The notes beneath the pieces were generated by a model. That model did no database searches, was not told the DNA's origin, and was given only the letters and a program-made list of their open reading frames with translations. The position numbers and the translations under genes are program-made. DNA of 64,000 bases from Gemmatimonadota bacterium (GTDB lineage Bacteria; Latescibacterota; UBA2968; UBA8231). Location: assembly GCA_038128265.1 (NCBI GenBank), contig JAYPJE010000004.1:54303-118302 (forward strand). Reading direction: 5' to 3'. Each line of letters starts with the position of its first letter. The first letter of the stretch is position 1. Of the stretch, positions 46,292 to 54,699 are shown piece by piece.

Positions 46292-49200
46292 CTAAGCGAT
46301 TGTTTCCTGGCGCATTTCCTCGAGCATTTCACTTCCCTGATGCCGATAGGCTTCCTTCGCCTCGCTGTCAACCGTGCGCCAAATGAGGAATTGCTTGCGT
46401 ATGACGTTCATAAAGCGCTGGTTGACGCGCCGCCACGATGCGTCTTCTCCGCTGAGCCGCTGCAGCTTCAATGCGACGGAATATATATTGTGCTCAGCGT
46501 CTGGAATGGCCCGCAGCGTGACGTGCTGGCTAACGCCGAGGTCAAACGGCGCCAACCAGATGTTCATATCGATGGCATACGAAGTGCCCTCGGCAATTTC
46601 TTCGCACGACAGCTTGGCCCCGTCGGTGTAAAAGGTGCCGATCGACTCTTCGCTGTACGAATCGAAGTAGCCGATGAGAAACACGTTGAGGCCGAGGACC
46701 TCGTGTCCGCTGACGGTAAAGGGGAACTCAAAATTCCACTCATCGCCCTCGGGCGGTGGCAGCTTCCACTTGCGCGTCACATCGGGCACAGCCATCTGCG
46801 ATGCTTTGCGCGCCGGATAAATCGTCGACAGCATCACCACCGCCATCACCAGCATGCAGGAGAGCACGGCGGCCACCGACGAATAGTTGAGCGTAAAGCC
46901 GGCCAGCAGGTTGAGTTCGATTAGCACTTTAGCAATAATCTGGCCGCTGAGATAACCGGCGACGACGCCCAGCACCGAATACACGCACGATTCAGCAATA
47001 AACAGCCAGGATATGTGCCCGGGAGCCAGCCCCACCGACGAGTAAATACCTATCTCTCGAAAGCGCTCGTAGACGCTCCCCATCATCGTATTGAGCACGA
47101 TGAGCGAGGCGATTAGGATGGGTATAAACAGGTTGCTCATCCCCGAAAAAGACGTCAGACCCAGCGATGAATAGATCGAGACTTTGATGTACTCGTCGCC
47201 GGTTTCTTTGATGCCGGCAAAGAGCGTTACGGCGAGGCGCGAGAGGAAGTTCTCCACCTCGGCCCGCTCGTCGATTCCCTCGTCAAAGCGCACGGCGACC
47301 GACTGCAGCGGGTTGCCGCTGCCGATGTTGCGCAGCGTCTCGTAGGGAATAATTAGCGTGTTGGCCGGCTCCAGGTGAACAAACGGCTTTATCACGACCT
47401 TTGTATCTTCTAGCCCCTGTTTTTCGCGCTGCTCCTCTTCGGCCATCTCCTGCACCGCCTGCCCACCCGTCACGGCAAAGTCGGCCGGCGTCAGAATTTC
47501 GTCGTCGAGGTCTTTGAGGTCTTTCATACGGCGCGAATCGAGCACGCCAATCACCGTAAAGTAGTCGCCAAATACGCGAACCTGCGCCGACCCCACTTCC
47601 TCAAGTGGAATGTTCAGATTGCCAGCGGCGATCATATCGCTGGGCAGGATACACACTTTTTCCTCGCCCGGCTCAAACCAGCGCCCGGCAATAAGGGCGC
47701 GATCCAGCGCGGTGATATTGCGCTCCTGCGGCGTCAAGCCCAGCACGCCCAGCGCGTTATGCGCATGGTCGCCGTGCTTCATCTTTATGTGCGCTTTGGA
47801 TTTGTTGCTGTACCAGCTGCGCGGGGCAATGGTGCCGACCTCGGCGAAGTTGCTCAGCGCGTAGTCGAGCACCGAATCCTCCATCGGATTCCACGCCTTA
47901 CTGCGAATTAAAATGCCTTCGTAGAGCCCTTCGTTATCGCGCTGAATCTGGTTAAAACGCAGCCCTGTGCGGATCGAGGTAAACGAAAGAACGGTAAAGG
48001 TGAGTAACAGCAGGGTGAGAAACGTGAGTATCGTGCGCGTCTTGCGCCGCTTCATATTCGATATGCCCAGCTGAAAGGCGGTCAGCGAGGCGCTCGAGCG
48101 ACTGACGTCCGTGTCGTGGATCACCGCGACTTCGGTGCGCAGCTTTTTCATTTGCTCGTTAAAGCGACCCGATATAATCGACATGACCAATACGGCCAGC
48201 GCAATAATGACAAAGGCCAGCAGTATGACAAATGGGTTGGACAGCTGGAAAGCCGGATGCACCAACCACAGCACGGTCCAGATGGCCATAAATACGCCAA
48301 CGAATCCGAGTATCTGATTCTTGATCGTCGCTGCGGTTATAATCAGACGCTCGGTGAAAAACGCGCAGGGAATGACCAATGCCATAAAGAAGATGATGCC
48401 CTGCACGACGTCGTTTTGCGTCGATTTCACATCGGGATAGGCACGCGATTCAAGGCCGAAAGCAGCGCGCGTGTGGCGCACGAAATCGCCCCAGCGCTTT
48501 TCGCTCTGCGCCTTGTCGGCCGCCGCCAATTCAACAGCGGCGCGTTCGTGCAAATCGTTGAGGCGCTGATTTTCGATGGCGAAGCTCTTTAGCTCGCGCA
48601 TGCGCGACTCGTCGAGCGTCCACATATCCTTGGCCGCCTGGTAGGTCGTGCGCGCAAAGGACACGCCGGAGCGAATCTCAAAGCCCTCGCCTTCGGCCTT
48701 GCTCTTGTCGGTCACGCTGGTTGCATTGAGCAACAGTGAGCGAAAACCCAACAAACCCGCACCAAACCCCATCTTGATGCTCGAACCGGGGCGGGCAAAG
48801 AGCACGCCTACTGGTTCGTTGAGCGCTGAGGGTCCCTCCCCCGTCGTAAAGCCATACTCGACGGGCGCGCTGTTGGCCTCATCGAACACGCTCACCGCAC
48901 TTAGCTTGGTCAAATAGCGGGGATCGACAATGTCGAAGAAGTTATAGGCTACGCAGGGAAAGAGAATGACCATCCATTCTTTGTCGCGCCAGTCCATGGT
49001 CACGAGCATGGGATAGGCCTCGTCGCCCTGCACGCCCTTATCCGGCGCATAGACAATGCTGCCGGTGATTGGATCCATGTAATAACCTTCAACCTGCACG
49101 CGGTTGACACGCACGCGGTTGACGTAAAAAGATCCCGTCTGGTCTACGAGTTCGAAATACTCCCCACGCACGCCCTTGTACGACTTTTTCTTGCCGTTGC

Positions 49201-51058
49201 GCACCGCGGCAACGGCGCCGGTGCGCGGCAGATCAGGAATGATGCTGCGGCGCGGGAACACCATCGTTTTCCCCGTAAGCGAGCGCAAATTGTCGCGCAG
49301 GCGCATCTTGAAGTCGGGAAAGAGCTCCGGGTCTTCGAAGGCCATGTGAAACATGCCGGCCAGCACGCGAATCTGCTTGGAGAGGTTTTCGTAGTTGACT
49401 TTTTCGGGGCGATCGAGGGGCGTGTCGACGAGAAAGCGCGCATCGTTGACGGTGACAAAGGCCAGCGCCGGTGTGCCGGTAGCCAGCACCAATTCGCTGT
49501 TGACCGAAATCTCGCCCGGCACAAACGTCGACCAGCTCATCCCGCCTTCCGGGCTGATGCCGTTGACCAACACGTCGCGACGCTGATAGTCTAGCTCGCG
49601 GCTGATCTCCTGGGCATAGCGCATAAAGTTTTTGCCAAAGGGCGCAAAGTAGCGCTTGTAGTAGAACGAGCTATTGCTGTTCCACACGCCCAACTCATCG
49701 GTCTGCGTGGACAGGTCCAAGCTGATAAAGAGCTTGACCTGCAGCGAATCTACTTTGGGGTCGACCCACTGGCGGAAAAGCTGCAGGCGCACATCCTCGT
49801 CTGAAAGCGCTTCTCGCTTCAGTTCGTCTTCGCTGGCAAAGCGCTCGTCGCCGACGATGAGGGCACTACCCTCACTGCCCACTAGGCCATCGGCCACCGC
49901 GTCATCTACAATGCGCCCGACCAACACCTCGTCGCCCTTGACGACGTGGCGCACCAGCGCCTCTTTGCCGGTAAACTCCTCGCGGCCCAGACGGTACTGA
50001 ATGCCGTCCTTGTCGATCAGATTGCGCGCCAGCGCCGCATCAACGACGCGGCGGACCAGCATGTGGTCGATAAAAGGATCTTCTTTGCGCAGATAGCGCT
50101 GGATAAAGTCGTCGACGCCGCGCAGCCCCAAGTGGTGGGCAGACGTCGCCAGGAATACAATGGTGCGCGCCGGCGGGTTTTCGCGAAAATACCGAGCCAG
50201 TTCCAATAGGGCCGTAGCGCTGGCCGCCTGCTCTGCGCCCGGCGCCAGTGAAGGAACAACGGACATCGCATCGTAATAGCCCTCGAGCACGACCACGTCT
50301 TCTTTGAGCAGCGGATCGTAGCCCGGTATGGTGCCCATCACATTCCATGCCGAGCGCCGCTCCCAATCCATTCGATAGGCCAACTTAGCCGACAGCGCAG
50401 GGTCGGCCTTGATGCGCTGGCGCAGCATCTGCCCATCGGCCTTGCTCACCCAAAAACGAGGCACGTCGAGCGGCATGGAGAGGAACTTCTTCTCACCCTC
50501 TAGGTAGACGGTCGAATCGGGTTCGATAAAGATCAGGGCGCTGGCACCGAGATAGGCGGCATTGAGCCAGGCATCGCCGGAGTTGAAATCCATCAGCACG
50601 GCAGCGCCCTCGACTTCGAAACCGTCCATCGACGAATACTCGCCTCGTCCCGCGTCAATGAGCGGCGCTTCTATGCCGCCGTCGGGCAATGTCGAGGTCT
50701 TGACCAAATTGGGCCAAATACCGTGCAGTCGCACGGCGTCGCCCGTCGACGGCAGCGACAGTTCACCGCCTTTGTCGATGGGTATGGAGACGTCGTATTC
50801 GTGAATGGTGATTTCGTCGAGGCCAATCTCGCGGAAATTGTCCTGAATAAAGCGGGCCGCCTCGTCGGCACCCGGGTAGCCCACTACGCGAGAACCCAGG
50901 CCTGCGAGATGACCGAGCGTCTGCTGCACGCGCGCCGTGGGAGCCGTCTGCGCCAGTTCGGCAAAGTCGACTTCCGCACTAGCCCAATGGGGCCATGCAG
51001 CGGCCACAGCGCTCAGCAGCAGGACAAAACGCCTAGTCAGGAAATCTATTTTTTTCAA
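46292..51058 (-). CDS. M28-peptidase-fold / PA domain fused to an FtsX/MacB-type permease (1588 aa)
   Basis: Signal peptide; 'SRVVGYPG', 'NVMGTIPG', 'ALLELAR...PPARTIVF' (M28 fold). 'NMKRRKTRTILT', 'AGRWF', 'YERFREIGIYSSVG', 'IYPARKAS' (FtsX/MacB). Confidence 0.85.
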   Translation of the reverse strand: MKKIDFLTRRFVLLLSAVAAAWPHWASAEVDFAELAQTAPTARVQQTLGHLAGLGSRVVGYPGADEAARFIQDNFREIGLDEITIHEYDVSIPIDKGGELSLPSTGDAVRLHGIWPNLVKTSTLPDGGIEAPLIDAGRGEYSSMDGFEVEGAAVLMDFNSGDAWLNAAYLGASALIFIEPDSTVYLEGEKKFLSMPLDVPRFWVSKADGQMLRQRIKADPALSAKLAYRMDWERRSAWNVMGTIPGYDPLLKEDVVVLEGYYDAMSVVPSLAPGAEQAASATALLELARYFRENPPARTIVFLATSAHHLGLRGVDDFIQRYLRKEDPFIDHMLVRRVVDAALARNLIDKDGIQYRLGREEFTGKEALVRHVVKGDEVLVGRIVDDAVADGLVGSEGSALIVGDERFASEDELKREALSDEDVRLQLFRQWVDPKVDSLQVKLFISLDLSTQTDELGVWNSNSSFYYKRYFAPFGKNFMRYAQEISRELDYQRRDVLVNGISPEGGMSWSTFVPGEISVNSELVLATGTPALAFVTVNDARFLVDTPLDRPEKVNYENLSKQIRVLAGMFHMAFEDPELFPDFKMRLRDNLRSLTGKTMVFPRRSIIPDLPRTGAVAAVRNGKKKSYKGVRGEYFELVDQTGSFYVNRVRVNRVQVEGYYMDPITGSIVYAPDKGVQGDEAYPMLVTMDWRDKEWMVILFPCVAYNFFDIVDPRYLTKLSAVSVFDEANSAPVEYGFTTGEGPSALNEPVGVLFARPGSSIKMGFGAGLLGFRSLLLNATSVTDKSKAEGEGFEIRSGVSFARTTYQAAKDMWTLDESRMRELKSFAIENQRLNDLHERAAVELAAADKAQSEKRWGDFVRHTRAAFGLESRAYPDVKSTQNDVVQGIIFFMALVIPCAFFTERLIITAATIKNQILGFVGVFMAIWTVLWLVHPAFQLSNPFVILLAFVIIALAVLVMSIISGRFNEQMKKLRTEVAVIHDTDVSRSSASLTAFQLGISNMKRRKTRTILTFLTLLLLTFTVLSFTSIRTGLRFNQIQRDNEGLYEGILIRSKAWNPMEDSVLDYALSNFAEVGTIAPRSWYSNKSKAHIKMKHGDHAHNALGVLGLTPQERNITALDRALIAGRWFEPGEEKVCILPSDMIAAGNLNIPLEEVGSAQVRVFGDYFTVIGVLDSRRMKDLKDLDDEILTPADFAVTGGQAVQEMAEEEQREKQGLEDTKVVIKPFVHLEPANTLIIPYETLRNIGSGNPLQSVAVRFDEGIDERAEVENFLSRLAVTLFAGIKETGDEYIKVSIYSSLGLTSFSGMSNLFIPILIASLIVLNTMMGSVYERFREIGIYSSVGLAPGHISWLFIAESCVYSVLGVVAGYLSGQIIAKVLIELNLLAGFTLNYSSVAAVLSCMLVMAVVMLSTIYPARKASQMAVPDVTRKWKLPPPEGDEWNFEFPFTVSGHEVLGLNVFLIGYFDSYSEESIGTFYTDGAKLSCEEIAEGTSYAIDMNIWLAPFDLGVSQHVTLRAIPDAEHNIYSVALKLQRLSGEDASWRRVNQRFMNVIRKQFLIWRTVDSEAKEAYRHQGSEMLEEMRQETIA

Positions 51059-51181
51059 ATTCGCATACCCCGTTTTCTACGTGTTCCCATACGAGTCGTG
51101 CTAATATAAACAAAAGACGACCGAGTTCCACCTTAAAGCCACCGCCCAGCACAGGTCCTTGCCATACACCACAGTCCTCGA

Positions 51182-51700
51182 CTACTCCTCGCGGCGGGCA
51201 GCGATCCAAGCAGAGCGCACGCTTATCCAATGGGCCAACAGACCGATTAAGATACCGCTTACCAAGGCACCGAGCAACGCGACCGGCAATAGGCTGAACA
51301 CCCCCCACTGGCCGATGTATAGATAGGCGAGAACGAGTTGGGCCAGCTGATGGGCGAGTGCCCCCCAGACTCCTAGGCCGATCGGACTGAACAGGCCCCG
51401 CGCCACCGTCCACACGACCGACATTACGAGCCAACTGCACGCGCCAGCCCCGGCCCCTATGGAGAAGGCCGGCCCCGCCAATGCCCCGCTCAATAAGCCT
51501 CCCAGCAGCAGCTTGAGGGCGCTGACGGTTAGCGCAGCCACCGGACCGTACGCCGTGAGCGCCAGCACGACGGGCAAGTTGCCCAGGCCGAGTTTCATCC
51601 ACGGCAGCGGACGCGGAGCCAACCCCTCAAAAACGTAGAGCACGACGGCTGCAGCGGCCAGCAGGCTAATACGCGCAATGCGCTGCGTGTTGGCAACCAC
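51182..51700 (-). CDS. Gx transporter family membrane protein (Hpre_diP_synt_I; EetB-like)
   Basis: 'PLPWMKLGLGN' and 'SPIGLGVWGALAHQLAQL' family motifs. Confidence 0.85.
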   Translation of the reverse strand: MVANTQRIARISLLAAAAVVLYVFEGLAPRPLPWMKLGLGNLPVVLALTAYGPVAALTVSALKLLLGGLLSGALAGPAFSIGAGAGACSWLVMSVVWTVARGLFSPIGLGVWGALAHQLAQLVLAYLYIGQWGVFSLLPVALLGALVSGILIGLLAHWISVRSAWIAARREE

Positions 51701-51702
51701 CC

Positions 51703-52095
51703 TTAGCGCACCACTGCGTCAAGACCGGCGTGTTCGCCCAAAAGCGTGAGCACCACCTTGTTGGGCACGCAGACGATGGCATCTCCCCGCCGCAGGGCCC
51801 AGCGGCGGAGCACACAGCGCTGCTGGCGACAGGGGGAAGAAACCATTCGCACGCCCTGGGGTCCCACTTCGACCTGGCTGACGCCCAGCGGTCCGGTCAC
51901 CGAATGCACTGCCTGGTCCGCCAGATCGTATACGCGCGCGTCGTCCGCGCTCTGCACCAGAACGCGTTGCCCGGGTTCGACGCGGTAATCGGCGACCATA
52001 AGGACGACAGTCGCCGCGCTGAGGCAGGCGATTAGCAGCCAATCGGCCAGGGTGAGTGGCGATCGTCCAGCCCGTGAGTTGAGAGCGCTATCCAC
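51703..52095 (-). CDS. NusG domain II / DUF1312 protein (EetA-like)
   Basis: N-terminal TM; 'GPLG...VRMVSSPCRQQRCV...AIVCVPNKV'. Confidence 0.85.
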   Translation of the reverse strand: MDSALNSRAGRSPLTLADWLLIACLSAATVVLMVADYRVEPGQRVLVQSADDARVYDLADQAVHSVTGPLGVSQVEVGPQGVRMVSSPCRQQRCVLRRWALRRGDAIVCVPNKVVLTLLGEHAGLDAVVR

Positions 52096-52139
52096 AGCTA
52101 CCCTCCGCGTGTATATCTCCTATCCACATATAGACTTAC

Positions 52140-52168
52140 TTGACACTTAGTGCCAACTTCACTACAAT
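52140..52168 (+). promoter_or_regulatory. Near-consensus sigma70 promoter
   Basis: TTGACA-N17-TACAAT. Confidence 0.75.
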
Positions 52169-52190
52169 TCCCCTTTAAGGATTTACCTAT

Positions 52191-52529
52191 TTGTTGCCCT
52201 TCCGAAGGAGCGGGATCTTGGCCAATACCCTGGGTGAAGCCATTCTCCAACATCTCAAGTATGTCGAGGGCGTGGAGGGTGTCTTGGGACAGTTTTATTA
52301 TCTTAGCGATCCCGAAGCGTTACAGCAAGGCATTGAACGCTGGCTTTTGCAGACCCCGGAAGGGCGCGCATGGATGGACGGCTTGGGCTTTGTCAACAAA
52401 GAGGCCGTCATAAAAGTGATAGAGCAGATAGAGACCAATCTAGAGGACTCTAGCCGGGAGTTGGTGACAAAGATTCAAACGCTGCGTTCCTACGTCGATG
52501 CCAAGGGCACGACATCGCCCGTTTCCTAA
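52191..52529 (+). CDS. Hypothetical protein
   Basis: TTG start after an AAGGA RBS and a strong promoter; C-terminal coiled coil. Confidence 0.65.
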   Translation: MLPFRRSGILANTLGEAILQHLKYVEGVEGVLGQFYYLSDPEALQQGIERWLLQTPEGRAWMDGLGFVNKEAVIKVIEQIETNLEDSSRELVTKIQTLRSYVDAKGTTSPVS

Positions 52530-52606
52530 TCTTTCGCATTCTACCACCTGCTCAGAGCACTCCGTAGCAAGCGGCGCCAGTCGCCGCGTTTCGAGTTGAG
52601 GATCTC

Positions 52607-52933
52607 ATGCCTTGGTTGATCGCAACCGTAGTCTGCGTCTGTGCAGCACTCATCATCCAATATTTCTGCTCCAGTCGACTGCTGCACATGAAACAGCAGA
52701 TCTCCATAAAGAACATGGCGCTGCGCGACGCGCGCGAAGAAGGTTCGCGCTTGGAAGAGCAGGAAAACGAGCTTAAGAACCAACAAAAAAGCCTCGCCTA
52801 CAGTATTCAGCGCCTGCGCACCGACATCAAGCGTCTCCGCAGTCAGATCCAGGAGAAAGGCTTAGAAGTGCCCGCACCGACGTTCCCAGTAGAGGAATTG
52901 GAGGGCGGTGGCGAAGAAGAGGAAGAGGCGTGA
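52607..52933 (+). CDS. Small single-TM coiled-coil protein
   Basis: GAGGA RBS, N-terminal TM, heptad repeats and an acidic tail. Confidence 0.75.
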   Translation: MPWLIATVVCVCAALIIQYFCSSRLLHMKQQISIKNMALRDAREEGSRLEEQENELKNQQKSLAYSIQRLRTDIKRLRSQIQEKGLEVPAPTFPVEELEGGGEEEEEA

Positions 52934-52952
52934 CCTCCGCGCCGATGCTGAA

Positions 52953-54599
52953 GTGAAGAGGTCAGCGCGCGTTTCGCTGCTGGCCGTCCTCTGTTTCTCC
53001 TGTCTATTTCTCCACACCGCTTGGGAAAAATCGCCGACCTGGGATGAGGTCGGCTACATAGGTCTGGGAGCGTACCTGATCAAAACCGGCCAGTGGGACG
53101 TCCCCGCCTCCGGTTCGCATCCCCCCCTCGCCTTTTACGTCAACAGCCTGCCGTCTTTTTTCTTTCCCATTGATTGGACGCACTGGCACTACCCCAACAT
53201 CGTGCGCGACGTGCGCTTTCTGCGCATGGCCGATACGGAGCGCGGCAACGCGCTCCTGCTCGACCCGCGCTACGACGGCGAAGTATTCTTTTTCTTAACG
53301 CGCGCGACCTCACTTGTTTTCGCCTTTGCCCTCTTCGCCGTTCTGCTGCGTTGGAGCAGAGAAATGCTGCCCTATCCGCGCAATGTACTCCCGGCTTTTC
53401 TCTGCGCCCTATCGCCCAATGTGCTCGCCCACGCGACGCTTATCAATACCGACTTTGCCCTTACGACCACCTTTATCTGCGCTGTATTTGCCCTGCGTTC
53501 TCTGTTATACGAGCCATCGAAGAGCCGCTTTATTGCCTGTGGCATCGCCCTTGGTCTAGCGCTGCTCAGTAAACTATCGGCTCTCGTATTGCTGCCGATT
53601 TTTGCCGTATTAATCGCCCATTTCTACCTATGCGCCAGTGCCCCGCAGCGGGAGGCGGTCAACCGCTTTCTGTCCCCACTGCCTATGCGCCTACTACCCG
53701 TGCGCCTGGCCCTGTGCTTTGGAGCCCTGTGCGCAGTGGCAGCCGTCGTACTGTGGGCAGGCTACGGCTTTCAGATTCAACCCTACTGGCATATGGTACA
53801 GTCGCAGCTATGGGACTTGGAGACGGGACACTGGGCCTATCTAATGGGCGAGTTTTCCACGCGCGGATGGTGGTACTACTTCCCCATCGCCCTGCTGATC
53901 AAAACGCCCATCGCCACGCTACTCCTCGTCGGCGCTGGCCTACTGCCGCTGCTATTGCGCCGCCAACTGCGCCTCGAAATGGGCTTTTTACTCATCGCAC
54001 CGCTGGTTCTCGTGGCCGGCTTTGTCCTGGGCAATAGCAAAAATATTGGCCTGCGCTATATCCTGCCCATTTACCCCTTCCTGTTTTTGATTGCCGCACA
54101 TGCCGAGTTTCCGCTGCGCGACCGAATACGCCCGTGGGCCGCAGCAACGCTCTGCGCCTGGTACGCCCTTTCCACACTCTCCACACATCCACACCATCTG
54201 GCCTACTTTAACGAGTCAGTTGGCGGGCCAGCCAACGGCCATCACTATATGGTCGATTCAAATCTCGATTGGGGACAGGATCTAAAAGGCCTCAAGCGCT
54301 ATATGGACGAACGCGACATCGACTCGGTAAAGCTGAGCTACTTTGGCACGGTCGATCCGCGCCTCTACGATTTGCGCTACGAGTGGTTGCCCAGTTTCAT
54401 CTTGCCCAACCCCGACCCGCAGCAACAGGTCGTCCTGCCGGCCGATGGGCTCATTGCCATTAGCGCGACCAACTTGGTCGGCGTCTATATGGACCAGTAT
54501 GGCCACGGCAGGGACATTTTTGCCTGGCTCCGACGGCACCAGCCCATCGCGCACATCGGTCACTCCATCCTGATCTACGATATTCCTCCCAACCCCTAG
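52953..54599 (+). CDS. GT-C fold glycosyltransferase (ArnT/PMT-like, lipid-carrier dependent)
   Basis: 'SPTWDE', 'HPPL', 'SKLSAL', 'WWYYFP...IKTP', 'GLRYILP', 'DSNLDWGQD'. Start uncertain (GTG 52953 or 52908). Confidence 0.85.
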   Translation: MKRSARVSLLAVLCFSCLFLHTAWEKSPTWDEVGYIGLGAYLIKTGQWDVPASGSHPPLAFYVNSLPSFFFPIDWTHWHYPNIVRDVRFLRMADTERGNALLLDPRYDGEVFFFLTRATSLVFAFALFAVLLRWSREMLPYPRNVLPAFLCALSPNVLAHATLINTDFALTTTFICAVFALRSLLYEPSKSRFIACGIALGLALLSKLSALVLLPIFAVLIAHFYLCASAPQREAVNRFLSPLPMRLLPVRLALCFGALCAVAAVVLWAGYGFQIQPYWHMVQSQLWDLETGHWAYLMGEFSTRGWWYYFPIALLIKTPIATLLLVGAGLLPLLLRRQLRLEMGFLLIAPLVLVAGFVLGNSKNIGLRYILPIYPFLFLIAAHAEFPLRDRIRPWAAATLCAWYALSTLSTHPHHLAYFNESVGGPANGHHYMVDSNLDWGQDLKGLKRYMDERDIDSVKLSYFGTVDPRLYDLRYEWLPSFILPNPDPQQQVVLPADGLIAISATNLVGVYMDQYGHGRDIFAWLRRHQPIAHIGHSILIYDIPPNP

Positions 54600-54699
54600 C
54601 GTTGACACCTTCTTACAGCCACCCACAACCCGAATATTATCGTGTGTTAAACGGCCCATCTTTGGTATATTCGTGACAAGAGGAATCCGGTAAATCACT

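Noticed and set aside
51020..51058. Twin-arginine signal 'TRRFVL' on the M28-FtsX fusion
   Set aside because: The Phe spacing does not fit S/T-R-R-x-F-L-K. A Sec signal is more parsimonious for a polytopic protein.
51182..52095. Literal annotations 'heptaprenyl diphosphate synthase' and 'NusG antiterminator'
   Set aside because: These are family-name artefacts. There are no prenyltransferase DDxxD motifs and no NGN/KOW domains, and both proteins are membrane-bound.
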